The position numbers and the translations under genes were made by a program. A stretch of DNA of 64,000 bases, from positions 17,408-81,407 of the forward strand of contig CALDOJ010000038.1 in assembly GCA_937912225.1 (NCBI GenBank), read 5' to 3'. The notes below the pieces were generated by a model, which saw only the letters and a list, made by a program, of their open reading frames with translations, had not been told where the DNA came from and did no database searches. Of this stretch, positions 20,424-29,647 are shown one piece after another (within the stretch, counting starts at the first letter, position 1; each line of letters begins with the position of its first letter). The DNA comes from Candidatus Woesearchaeota archaeon (GTDB taxonomy: Archaea; Nanobdellota; Nanobdellia; Woesearchaeales; GCA-2686295).

Positions 20424-21478
20424 AAAAGTTTTTTTGCAAATAGCATTAGTTTTGGTTCTTTTATTAATGTTTTGAAAATCATTTCAATTGGTTTATCTCT
20501 ACTTCCTGAGCCAAGAACTTCTTTTAGTGACTCTTTGTTAAATGTGTTGATTAAGTCATCCCAATCTTTATTTGTGAATTTATTCATCATTTTTCGAATT
20601 TGATAATGTGTCCATAAACTTTTACCAACTTCTTTTCTCCAAAGAGAATCATAATTTTCTTTATTATTTATTGATTTAGTTAATGCTTTTGCTGCTAATA
20701 GTCCTGGAATTAGCCCTCCTCCAGTTGTATTTTTTATTTGAGCGGCAGCATCTCCTATTAAGAAAACATTTTTTTTTTGAGTTTTGAATTGGGGATTGTG
20801 TATTGGTATTATTCCGCTTTGCCACTCAACAACTTTTCCTTTGTATCTTTTTACAAAATCTCGAAATATTAATCCTGTATCTTTCTTTGCAGCAACTCCA
20901 ACTCTTAGAAGGTTATTTGATTCAGGCACTGCCCATGCATAAGTTCCTATATGTGGATAAAAATCTACTACGTTATCATTTTTTATTTTTATTAGTGCTT
21001 GTACTCCTTGTAAATGTTTTTCTTTTGAGAATGAATGTATTTTTCTTACTTTGCTTAATGGTCCGTCAGCCCCTATTAATATATTGGGATTAATTGTTTT
21101 AGTTCTTTTTGTTTTTAAATTCTTTATTTTATTTTTTTCAAAATATGTGGAGTTATATATTATGTCAACTCCATTATCTAATGCTTTTTCTTCAAAGTAT
21201 TGATCGAATTTATTTCGCCACACAATTATATTTGGTTTTTTGAAATGGATTTGAATAAATTTCTTGTTTGGGGCGAATATTCTTGTAGAATAAACTTTGT
21301 TTGCAATAAAATCTTTTTTTAGTTTTATGATTTCGTTTATTGTTTGGCTTAAAATTCCTGTACATTGTATTGGAGAACCTATTTTGGATTTTTGTTCGTA
21401 TAATGTTACTTCATTTTTTTTAGCTAAAAGCGAAGCAGTTTGACAACCGATTGGTCCGCCACCTATTATATTAATCAT
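20420..21478 (-). CDS. FAD-dependent oxidoreductase, geranylgeranyl reductase (GGR) family
   Basis: N-terminal FAD dinucleotide fold IIGGGPIGCQTASLLAKK..VTLYEQ, the GGR-family ..CTG.. segment, and 352 aa. It overlaps the epimerase gene by 4 nt. Confidence 0.65.
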   Translation of the reverse strand: MINIIGGGPIGCQTASLLAKKNEVTLYEQKSKIGSPIQCTGILSQTINEIIKLKKDFIANKVYSTRIFAPNKKFIQIHFKKPNIIVWRNKFDQYFEEKALDNGVDIIYNSTYFEKNKIKNLKTKRTKTINPNILIGADGPLSKVRKIHSFSKEKHLQGVQALIKIKNDNVVDFYPHIGTYAWAVPESNNLLRVGVAAKKDTGLIFRDFVKRYKGKVVEWQSGIIPIHNPQFKTQKKNVFLIGDAAAQIKNTTGGGLIPGLLAAKALTKSINNKENYDSLWRKEVGKSLWTHYQIRKMMNKFTNKDWDDLINTFNKESLKEVLGSGSRDKPIEMIFKTLIKEPKLMLFAKKLF

Positions 21479-21664
21479 TAATTTTAGAATATTTTAATCG
21501 TTTTTAAATATATTCAACAAAACCAATTTAACTTTCATTTAGGGACTAAAAGTTTCTACTATTAAATGAACAAACTATCGAAAGTTTTATATAGAAGAAT
21601 GATTTTTACAATGTTCATAAGATTCTCAGTAGAATCTTGAATGATAAAAAATATCTGAGGGGGT

Positions 21665-22936
21665 ATGAATAAAATGAAAGTATTGAAATTAATTCTTGTG
21701 TTAGTAATGACCATGCTTATAACCAGTATGGTAAGTGCAGTTGATTTAGGCTTAACGTCTTTAAAGATTAACGGCGAAGAGTTTGGAGATGCAGCATCAA
21801 ACCCAAGTAACTCGTTAGAAGTAAAAAGAGGCGAAGATTTAACAATTAAACTTCGTGTTAGAGCTACTGCAGATGTAAGTGATGTGCAAATTGAAGCAGA
21901 CATTTACGGTTACAGATACGCTCATAGAGAAGCAGATTCTGTTTCTGACGTTACAAAGACTTTTGACTTAGCAGAAAATGTAACTTCATTTAAGACTTTG
22001 GAATTAAAAGTTCCATCAAATATTGATAAAGAACATTTCTATTTAAGAGTTAGAGTTGCTGATAGATACTCAACTTCATATGAACAAGTATATGATTTAT
22101 TTGTTTCAGGTGTAGATGCAGAAGACGCAGTAATTATCAAAGATTACTCCTTTAGTCCATCAAATGTTGTTGCAGCAGGAAGAGCATTCACAACAACAGT
22201 AAGAGTACAAAATATTGGAGACGATACTTTAGATGACGTTAAAGTAACAGTAGAAATTCCAGAATTAAATGTTAAAGACTCAGAATACTTAGATGAATTA
22301 AGTGCTGACGAAAAAGAAACATTAGATGAATTTTTATTAAGAATACCAGATTGTGCAGCTCCAGGAGTTTATGAAGTAGAAATCACAGCAGAATTTGATG
22401 AATATGAATCATCATCAGAAACAGCTTCATTAACTATTGTTGACGGAGACACATGCGGTGTAACAGCTAGCGGAACAGGAAGAACAGTTGTATCAGTTCC
22501 AGAAAATCAAGATGTTGCACAAGGTACAGACGCAGTTTACCCATTAATGATAACTAACCAAGGAAGTACAGCAAAAACTTATGCAGTAACATTATCAGGC
22601 CTTGGAGCATGGGGAAGTGCAAGAATGGAACCATCATCAGTAACAGTTGTAGAAGCAGGTGAAACAAGCACTATTTATTTATATGTTTCAGCAAACGATG
22701 ATGCAAACTCCGGAACTAACGGCTTTAAAGCAACAATAAGTTCAGACGGTGAATCAAAAGACGTAGCATTAACTGCAAATGTTGTAGCAGATAATAGCGG
22801 AATGGGTTCATTACAAGGACTAGAAATTGCATTAGTTGTTTTAGTAATCATCTTAATCATTATTGGTTTAATAATTGGCTTCAGCAAATTAAGAAACAAT
22901 GATGACGACGACGAAGGTTCACAAACTTATTACTAA
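21665..22936 (+). CDS. Secreted cell-surface protein with N-terminal signal peptide, C-terminal TM anchor and acidic cytoplasmic tail (S-layer/adhesin candidate)
   Basis: Signal peptide MNKMKVLKLILVLVMTMLITSMVSA; a Ser/Thr/Asp/Glu-rich beta-type body with N-x-S/T sequons; C-terminal TM LEIALVVLVIILIIIGLIIGF followed by DDDDEGSQTYY. Strong SD GAGGGGG at 21657..21663. Confidence 0.6.
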   Translation: MNKMKVLKLILVLVMTMLITSMVSAVDLGLTSLKINGEEFGDAASNPSNSLEVKRGEDLTIKLRVRATADVSDVQIEADIYGYRYAHREADSVSDVTKTFDLAENVTSFKTLELKVPSNIDKEHFYLRVRVADRYSTSYEQVYDLFVSGVDAEDAVIIKDYSFSPSNVVAAGRAFTTTVRVQNIGDDTLDDVKVTVEIPELNVKDSEYLDELSADEKETLDEFLLRIPDCAAPGVYEVEITAEFDEYESSSETASLTIVDGDTCGVTASGTGRTVVSVPENQDVAQGTDAVYPLMITNQGSTAKTYAVTLSGLGAWGSARMEPSSVTVVEAGETSTIYLYVSANDDANSGTNGFKATISSDGESKDVALTANVVADNSGMGSLQGLEIALVVLVIILIIIGLIIGFSKLRNNDDDDEGSQTYY

Positions 22937-22988
22937 GTTTGTATTTTTTTTCTTTTTTTATTAACTTTTTTTATAATGGTAAATAACG

Positions 22989-25286
22989 ATGTCCATCAAA
23001 TATTTGTCTAAACTAATTATACTTCTCTTTATACTCATATCCATCATTAATTTTTCAAGTGCGATACAGCTATCAACTTCACAATCATTATTGAATATTT
23101 GTCAATGCGCACAAAAAACAGATTCATTCACAGTAACAAATGATGGAGCTTATAGCGCAATTTTTACTGTTTCAGATAATCAAGAGTTTGTAATTCTTTC
23201 TGATACAAAATTCGAATTAAAACCAGGAGAATCAAAACAAGTATTGACTTCTATTAATGCTGCTTGTGATATGAAGGGTGAATATTCTTTAGAAATATTA
23301 GTTACAACCAATTTAGGAACTGGTAAAAAACTAATTAAAACAATTAATATAGGTAAATGTCAAAACTTAAAAGCTTATTTAACTATTGATGATGAGGAAA
23401 TAAATCCTTGTAAAGAAGCAGATTATTCTATTAAAATAGAAAATACAGGTTTTTTTAAAGAAACATATGAAATAAAAGCGACTAATTTTGAAAAATATTT
23501 TAATTTATCAACTGAAGAAATAACTCTTAATCCTGATGAAACAGGATTAGTTAATGCAAAGTTAAATTTACCTTGTGATCTTTATGGAGTACAACCTGTT
23601 GAATTTTCAATAAAAGCAGTTAATAACGCTCTTATGGCTAGTTTAAAGCATGATCTTCAAGTAAATCAGTATTATGGTTATTCATTGCTTTTAGAAGATG
23701 AGTACCATGTTTGTGAAGAAGAACCTGTAAATATTCCTGTTGTTTTATCAAACGATGTTAACACTCCTAATTCTTATTCATTAAAATTAAGAGGACAACC
23801 AATAATTGCACAATTAAGTAAGACTAAAATTGAATTAGAAGGAAAGGAAGAAGAAACTTTTGAAATAGAACTTAATATTCATGAAGGGAGAAGTGTTGGA
23901 ACATATAATTTTCAATTAGTAACTTCAACAGGATATGGAGATACTTTTAATGATGCAAATATTACTTTAGTAATTGAAGATTGTTATAATCATAAAATTG
24001 ATTTAACAGGACCTAAAAAATTCTGTTCAGGAGAAGAAGAATTTAATCTAAACATTAGAAATGATGGTGTTTATACTGAAGAAGTAACTTTAGAAACTAT
24101 TGAAGGTTTTGCAGAGTTAGAAGATGAAAAAATAACTTTAGAATCTGGATCTGAAAAAAATGTTGTTTTAGAAGTAAAAACTGAAGATGTTAGCAAACGT
24201 TATTCATTATGGGCAAAAGCGAAGTTAGATAATGATTTAGAAGTTGTAGACAGTCAAGTATTAAATGTTAAATCAAATGATGAATGTTATTTTGTAGATG
24301 TTGAAAAAACAAAATTTGATGTCAAAGCTCATAAAATAAATGGGATAGTTATTGAATTAGAAAATAAAGGTTTAGTTGGAGCAGATTATGAATTAAAACT
24401 TGAATCAGAACCTTGGATGCATCTAAATGAAACAGAAATTCATTTAGAACCAAAAGAAGAAAAAAATGTTGTGTTATTCTTGAATCACACAGAAGAAACT
24501 GCTTTTGGCAAGTATAAAGCAAACTTAACAATTCAAACAGATAATGCAATTTATCTTAAAGAAATAGTAATTGATTTAGAAAACAAGTCTTTGATTGTAA
24601 GAGCATTTATTTATTCTAAAGAAAACCCTTGTAAAACTTTAACAGTACTATTAGGATTAGTATTCATAATTTTATTATTAAAAGTCATATTTAGTAAGAA
24701 AGCGAAAGGAAAAATAAAAGTAAAAACAGTTTTATTAAGCCTTTTAATATTAATAATTCTTTCAGGTTTAGCTTTAGGAGGAACTTATTTGTACAAAGGA
24801 ATGCCTACTTTATATTCTGAATTAGATTTTTCAGAAGCTAATCCAGTTAAACATGTATGGGCAGAAGATACAGTTTATACAATTGATTTCTTTGATTACT
24901 TTGAAGATCCTGACTCTGATGAAATAGTATTTTCAGTTTCAGAACTTGAAAATATAGATTCAAGTATTGAAGGAAATATTCTAACTTTAACACCAGAAGA
25001 AGATTGGTTTGGAGAAAGAGCAGTTATATTTACAGCAACAGATTCAAAAGAAGCATCTGTAAGTAGTTCGCCAATATTCCTTAAAGTATTAGATGTAGAA
25101 GAATTTAATTTTTGTAATATTTATAACAAGAATTGTTTATATGTAAATGATGGACTTTTAATGTTGTGTTTATTATTAGTTTTTATTATTGTTTTGAAAA
25201 AAGCAAGAAAAGTTATATTTGGACGAAAAAAAGGTTCTAAGAACAGTAAAAAAACTAATAAGAAGAAAAGTAAAAAAAGAAGATAA
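22989..25286 (+). CDS. Large secreted cell-surface protein with signal peptide, internal and C-terminal TM segments and a basic C-terminal tail
   Basis: 765 aa. Signal peptide MSIKYLSKLIILLFILISIINFSSA, repetitive beta-rich domains, hydrophobic segments near residues 550-600, and a C-terminal TM plus KKARKVIFGRKKGSKNSKKTNKKKSKKRR. Confidence 0.55.
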   Translation: MSIKYLSKLIILLFILISIINFSSAIQLSTSQSLLNICQCAQKTDSFTVTNDGAYSAIFTVSDNQEFVILSDTKFELKPGESKQVLTSINAACDMKGEYSLEILVTTNLGTGKKLIKTINIGKCQNLKAYLTIDDEEINPCKEADYSIKIENTGFFKETYEIKATNFEKYFNLSTEEITLNPDETGLVNAKLNLPCDLYGVQPVEFSIKAVNNALMASLKHDLQVNQYYGYSLLLEDEYHVCEEEPVNIPVVLSNDVNTPNSYSLKLRGQPIIAQLSKTKIELEGKEEETFEIELNIHEGRSVGTYNFQLVTSTGYGDTFNDANITLVIEDCYNHKIDLTGPKKFCSGEEEFNLNIRNDGVYTEEVTLETIEGFAELEDEKITLESGSEKNVVLEVKTEDVSKRYSLWAKAKLDNDLEVVDSQVLNVKSNDECYFVDVEKTKFDVKAHKINGIVIELENKGLVGADYELKLESEPWMHLNETEIHLEPKEEKNVVLFLNHTEETAFGKYKANLTIQTDNAIYLKEIVIDLENKSLIVRAFIYSKENPCKTLTVLLGLVFIILLLKVIFSKKAKGKIKVKTVLLSLLILIILSGLALGGTYLYKGMPTLYSELDFSEANPVKHVWAEDTVYTIDFFDYFEDPDSDEIVFSVSELENIDSSIEGNILTLTPEEDWFGERAVIFTATDSKEASVSSSPIFLKVLDVEEFNFCNIYNKNCLYVNDGLLMLCLLLVFIIVLKKARKVIFGRKKGSKNSKKTNKKKSKKRR

Positions 25287-25323
25287 CTTTAAAAATAAAG
25301 ACTTTTTCTAAAACAATATCATC

Positions 25324-25450
25324 GGGGACGTAGTATAACCTGGCTAGAATGGTCGGCTCCAGAATCTGGAGCAATGAGGCATTGCCAATGATTAATAATG
25401 CCCATTCGTGGAGATACCGTCAGATGAGGGTTCGAATCCCTCCGTCCCCA
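25324..25450 (+). tRNA. Intron-containing tRNA (~74-nt mature tRNA plus ~53-nt intron); anticodon tentatively CCA (tRNA-Trp)
   Basis: Acceptor stem GGGGACG/CGTCCCC with discriminator A, T-arm GAGGG-TTCGAAT-CCCTC, and candidate anticodon loop CU-CCA-G. A 53-nt insertion with two hairpins (CTCCAGAATCTGGAG; GGCATT..AATGCC) sits at the canonical 37/38 position. The D-arm pairing is imperfect, so the isotype is uncertain. Confidence 0.7.
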
Positions 25451-25580
25451 CCTTTTCTAGTTATATACGTTTGGTTTTAACCAAACAATAGTGTTATCAA
25501 TTATTCGGGTTATTTTTATTCTCGATAAAAAGAAAAACTTTATATACTAAAAAGGTCTAAAAAAACTATAATCAATTAGG

Positions 25581-26246
25581 GTGGTCGGTATTAATCAAAA
25601 ACAATTTAATGATGATTTAGGAAGATATTTATCAACTATAAAAAAAGATAAACCAATTTCAATTATTCGAAGAGTGAATATTTTTAGTTCTATTAAATCA
25701 TCTGAGAAAGTTCCAGAAGTTGCTCCAAATGAAGTACATGTAGAATATAAAGAGCCTTCTGTTTTTAGAAGAATTTTAACTTGGAGAAGAAGAATGAAAA
25801 TGCAGCAATTAGAAGAAGAACTTTCTGAAGCAGAGAAGCAAGAAGTTGAAGAATTAGAAGGTGAAATTGAAGCTCTTGAAGATGAAGAAGCCGAACTAGA
25901 AGAAATGGCTGAAGAAGTTGAAGTCCAAAGAGAAGGATTATTTGCAAGATTACTTAATAAATTAAAAATTTCAAGAAGCGAATATGAAGAAGATTTTGAT
26001 CCTGAAGAATATGAAGAACCTGCTCCTGCATTTGATGAAGATGTAAAAGATATTTTAAAAGTAACTCATACTTGGTTGGAGAAACTTCCTGCAAGAAGAT
26101 TGCAAGAATTTAAAAGGTCACCAGATTTTGAAAAATATAAAGCTGTGTTGATTAAATATGGTTTAGTAAAAGTACCTGCTCCAAAAGATCCAATAACAAA
26201 TGCTCCTCTTCCTAGAAAAGAAGACATCACAATAGTGGAGAAATAA
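25581..26246 (+). CDS. Hypothetical acidic coiled-coil protein
   Basis: ORF with a long Glu-rich heptad segment (EEELSEAEKQEVEELEGEIEALEDEEAELEEMAEE). No recognised domain. Confidence 0.35.
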   Translation: MVGINQKQFNDDLGRYLSTIKKDKPISIIRRVNIFSSIKSSEKVPEVAPNEVHVEYKEPSVFRRILTWRRRMKMQQLEEELSEAEKQEVEELEGEIEALEDEEAELEEMAEEVEVQREGLFARLLNKLKISRSEYEEDFDPEEYEEPAPAFDEDVKDILKVTHTWLEKLPARRLQEFKRSPDFEKYKAVLIKYGLVKVPAPKDPITNAPLPRKEDITIVEK

Positions 26247-26291
26247 CAAAAATCTTAAATTTTTGAGCATAATAAAATTCTTTTTTCTTAT

Positions 26292-27491
26292 TTATTTATC
26301 AGAGATAATTTCTACTACATCTCTATGATTTAGAACGTGGTCTTTTCCAACAGTTCGTTTGCTTTTAGCATCAATAGCTCTAATAAAGTGATCTCCTAAA
26401 TCAGAATGAATTTTATAAGCAAAGTCTAAAGCAGTAGATTTTTCTGGAATTAAAAAGCAATCAGGCATAATATTTCCATATTGATCTTCTAATTTTCCAA
26501 CACCACCAGGAAATATTGCAATATATTTTAGTAATTCAAATATTGATTTTTCAATCACGTCTTGAACACCTGAAGTTTTAAACTTTTTTAGAACATTATC
26601 TTTTAAGAAATTTAATCCTACTTTTTGTTTGTCATTTAGTTCAGCACCTTTCACAATACTAAAATCATCGCTTCCAGGTAAATAATTAATTAATTTGTGT
26701 TTAGCTGCTTCTTTTAATGCAAGTTCAGTTTCAGCAGAACAAGGAATAATCATGTGGTCTGGAAATTGTTTTTTTAATCTTTCAAAGTTTTCATAAGCGC
26801 CAGGAACATCTATTTTGTTAGCTGCAATAATCATTGGTTTAGTAATTTTTCTAAAAGTGCTTGCTAAAGTAAATAATTCTTCTTCAGTCCAAGTAGAAGG
26901 AGTTTCTTTATTCAAGCCTAATTTATGAATTACTTCTTTACAAATATTTTCACTAACTCCAACACCAGATAACTGTTTAGCTAGTAACTTTACAACATCT
27001 AAATGTTCTTGTTGGATTTGTCTTGCAAAACGTTCCCAACCTCGCTTTAGAATATCAAGATACCAATAATCAAGTTCTTCTTCTAAGAATTTAACATCGT
27101 TTGCAGGATCGTAAGTTCCAATAGTGATTGATTCGCCACGTTCATTAGTAGTACCTGCACAATCTATCACGTGAATTAAGGCATCTGCTCCGTTCAAATC
27201 GTTTAAGAATTGTGCACCCATACCTTTTCCTTCATGAGCACCAGGAACTAGTCCAGCAACATCTATAACATCGACAGGAACGAATCTAGTATGATTAACA
27301 CAAAAGCCTTCTCTAGGATTGCATTGAACGTTGAATTCCTTATCAGCACATTCAACTCTAACAAAACCAACTCCGTGATTTGGCTTAATAGTTGCGAAAG
27401 GATAATTAGCTATTTCAACATCTGCAAGAGTGAGCGCTTTAAAGAAAGTACTCTTACCAACATTTGCTTTTCCAACAACTCCAACTAACAT
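26292..27491 (-). CDS. ychF: Obg-family GTPase/ATPase YchF (OLA1)-like with C-terminal TGS domain
   Basis: G1 motif GVVGKANVGKSTFFKALT, NYPFATIKPN (YchF-type), 399 aa, and a C-terminal TGS-like segment. Confidence 0.7.
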   Translation of the reverse strand: MLVGVVGKANVGKSTFFKALTLADVEIANYPFATIKPNHGVGFVRVECADKEFNVQCNPREGFCVNHTRFVPVDVIDVAGLVPGAHEGKGMGAQFLNDLNGADALIHVIDCAGTTNERGESITIGTYDPANDVKFLEEELDYWYLDILKRGWERFARQIQQEHLDVVKLLAKQLSGVGVSENICKEVIHKLGLNKETPSTWTEEELFTLASTFRKITKPMIIAANKIDVPGAYENFERLKKQFPDHMIIPCSAETELALKEAAKHKLINYLPGSDDFSIVKGAELNDKQKVGLNFLKDNVLKKFKTSGVQDVIEKSIFELLKYIAIFPGGVGKLEDQYGNIMPDCFLIPEKSTALDFAYKIHSDLGDHFIRAIDAKSKRTVGKDHVLNHRDVVEIISDK

Positions 27492-27572
27492 GCGTTCTGA
27501 GAACTAAAAGCGGTATAAAAAGCTTTCTGAATATTGTAAAACTTTTTAAAAGATATTTAGTTTATTTTATGT

Positions 27573-28679
27573 ATGGGAAAGTCAACTAAGTTTTTTTTGG
27601 TGAAAAAAATTCTGTTATTGCTTATAATTATAATATTATTTTTGTTTGTATTAGAATTATTTCTACGTTTTTTTGAGAAAGAACTTATAATTCCTATTAC
27701 TTCACGTTATATAAAAAATGAAAATCTTATTATTGCTTACTCAAATAGACCTAATTATACTTCTAATTCGCAAGTATTAGTTGATGGAAAAGTAATTAAT
27801 GATTTTTCTAGATGGAACTCTATAAGCATTAACAATCAAGGTTTTAGAGATAAAGAATATTCTTATGATAAATCTAATAATACTTTTAGAATTCTAGCTA
27901 TTGGTGATTCAATAACTTTTGGATATAATGTCGCATTAGAAAATACTTGGTCAAAAAAACTTGAGAATAAACTCAATAATAATTCGAACATTAGTTTTGA
28001 AATAATTAACATGGGTGTTGGGGGATATAGTTTAACTCAAGAAATTGAACAAATAAGAATTGAATATTCTAAATATTCTCCTGATATGGTCATTATAGAG
28101 TATTTTCTTAACGATCCTCATTTTCAAGAAATACATACTGTTCTAGATGTATTATCTTTTAAAGAGCTAAGAGCTCGTGAAGATATTATGATAGAAGAAT
28201 ATGATTTACCTTTTAAATGTGCCTTCAGAAATAATATTGCTAAAATAAGATTTTTAACGGAGTTTTCTTTTATAAATATATTTCCGCTTTATTTCCAAAA
28301 AAATTTGTTTTATGACGGATTATATATTCATAGTTATGAACATAGCCATGAAGATATCTGTTCTTGGTTAAGAGTTCAGAAAGGTTTTGAGAAATTGAAA
28401 AAACTTAGTCAAGATAATGATTTTTCAATACTTTTGTTTGTTCAACCAGCACTTATAGATTATAATGTTCACAACTTAGAATGGATTCATAAAAAAGTTA
28501 TTACTGAATCTTTAAAAAATAATTTCATATCGATAGATATGTATGATGTTTATAAAAAAGTGTCTTTGAATCTTCTTTTGAATAAAAACCTTCCTGAAAT
28601 AGTTCATCCGAGTGAATATGGTCATGAATTGATTGCAAACAGACTTTTTGAAGAATTATCTTCTCAAGGATTAATTTAA
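27573..28679 (+). CDS. Membrane-anchored SGNH/GDSL-family hydrolase (possible glycan O-acyl esterase/acyltransferase)
   Basis: N-terminal TM helix, then the GDS block ILAIGDSITFGYNV and a downstream G..N..GV.GY block. Confidence 0.55.
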   Translation: MGKSTKFFLVKKILLLLIIIILFLFVLELFLRFFEKELIIPITSRYIKNENLIIAYSNRPNYTSNSQVLVDGKVINDFSRWNSISINNQGFRDKEYSYDKSNNTFRILAIGDSITFGYNVALENTWSKKLENKLNNNSNISFEIINMGVGGYSLTQEIEQIRIEYSKYSPDMVIIEYFLNDPHFQEIHTVLDVLSFKELRAREDIMIEEYDLPFKCAFRNNIAKIRFLTEFSFINIFPLYFQKNLFYDGLYIHSYEHSHEDICSWLRVQKGFEKLKKLSQDNDFSILLFVQPALIDYNVHNLEWIHKKVITESLKNNFISIDMYDVYKKVSLNLLLNKNLPEIVHPSEYGHELIANRLFEELSSQGLI

Positions 28680-28724
28680 TTATATTAATTTTTTTTAGGC
28701 ATTTTTCTAGTTTATTTTTAATAA

Positions 28725-29462
28725 TTATTCTTTAACTTCAACCTTACCATAATATTTCAATGGTATTTCTGGTCTATAAAAGTGCTGCCAATCTTTTGAA
28801 TATTCCCAATCTCCACCCCATTTCCATCCAGCTTCACGAAATATTTTTACCACATTTGAACCTGAAAAAAGAGTTCCTCTCAGATTTGGATCATATGGTC
28901 TATTAGCAGTTTCATTTATCCAAGGATTTATCAATGGATTAATATCAATAGCTGCACCAAATGCATGATCGGTTATTTCATTACTGCCTTTAACTAAACG
29001 CCAATCAAATCCTCCTGAATTATTGTATTTTACTGATGAGTTCCAATTAAAAAGACTAAGAGGTATGATGCTTGTAATTGGAAAATCAGTTTCTTTTAGA
29101 ATTCTGTTGAAAACTTGCTTTGTTGAATCAACTAATTCTTTATGAACAATGATTTGTCCAGTGTAAGTTTGATTATTAAAACCCTTATAGTTTACTTCAA
29201 CCAATGATAAGCTATCAATAATTTCTTCCGGAATATTCTTATTTTTTAAAGAATTTAAATATTGATTTTCAGTAAGTAAGGGAATTGAAGTAATAGGGAG
29301 TTCATAAAATTTAGGATTATTTAAGATTTCTTCGAATGAATGATTGGGCCATAAAGATTGAACTGTATCTTTAACTCTTTGTAACCCATCAACAGCTGAT
29401 TTTTCAACAGTTAAAAGCAACATTTTTTCAAGCTCTTTAAGTTTAGAATTCATATCTTCCAC
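28725..29462 (-). CDS. M15-family zinc D,D- or L,D-peptidase (VanY / D-Ala-D-Ala carboxypeptidase-like)
   Basis: M15 zinc-ligand motifs DHAFGAAIDINP (H-x-x-G-x-A-x-D) and WGGDW..DWQHF (D-x-x-H). Confidence 0.6.
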   Translation of the reverse strand: MEDMNSKLKELEKMLLLTVEKSAVDGLQRVKDTVQSLWPNHSFEEILNNPKFYELPITSIPLLTENQYLNSLKNKNIPEEIIDSLSLVEVNYKGFNNQTYTGQIIVHKELVDSTKQVFNRILKETDFPITSIIPLSLFNWNSSVKYNNSGGFDWRLVKGSNEITDHAFGAAIDINPLINPWINETANRPYDPNLRGTLFSGSNVVKIFREAGWKWGGDWEYSKDWQHFYRPEIPLKYYGKVEVKE

Positions 29463-29647
29463 TAGTAGAAGAATAATTCAAGCAATATAAAGGTTTTAGT
29501 TAATTAAAGATTATTTCTTGTTCTTGTTTTTGAAAAATATTCTTATTAAATAGATTGGTATTAGCAAGTTTTATAACTTTGTATAATCATCTATTTATTA
29601 GAGGTTAAAAATTAACAAAATAAAACAAAAGATTAAGAGATATTTTT

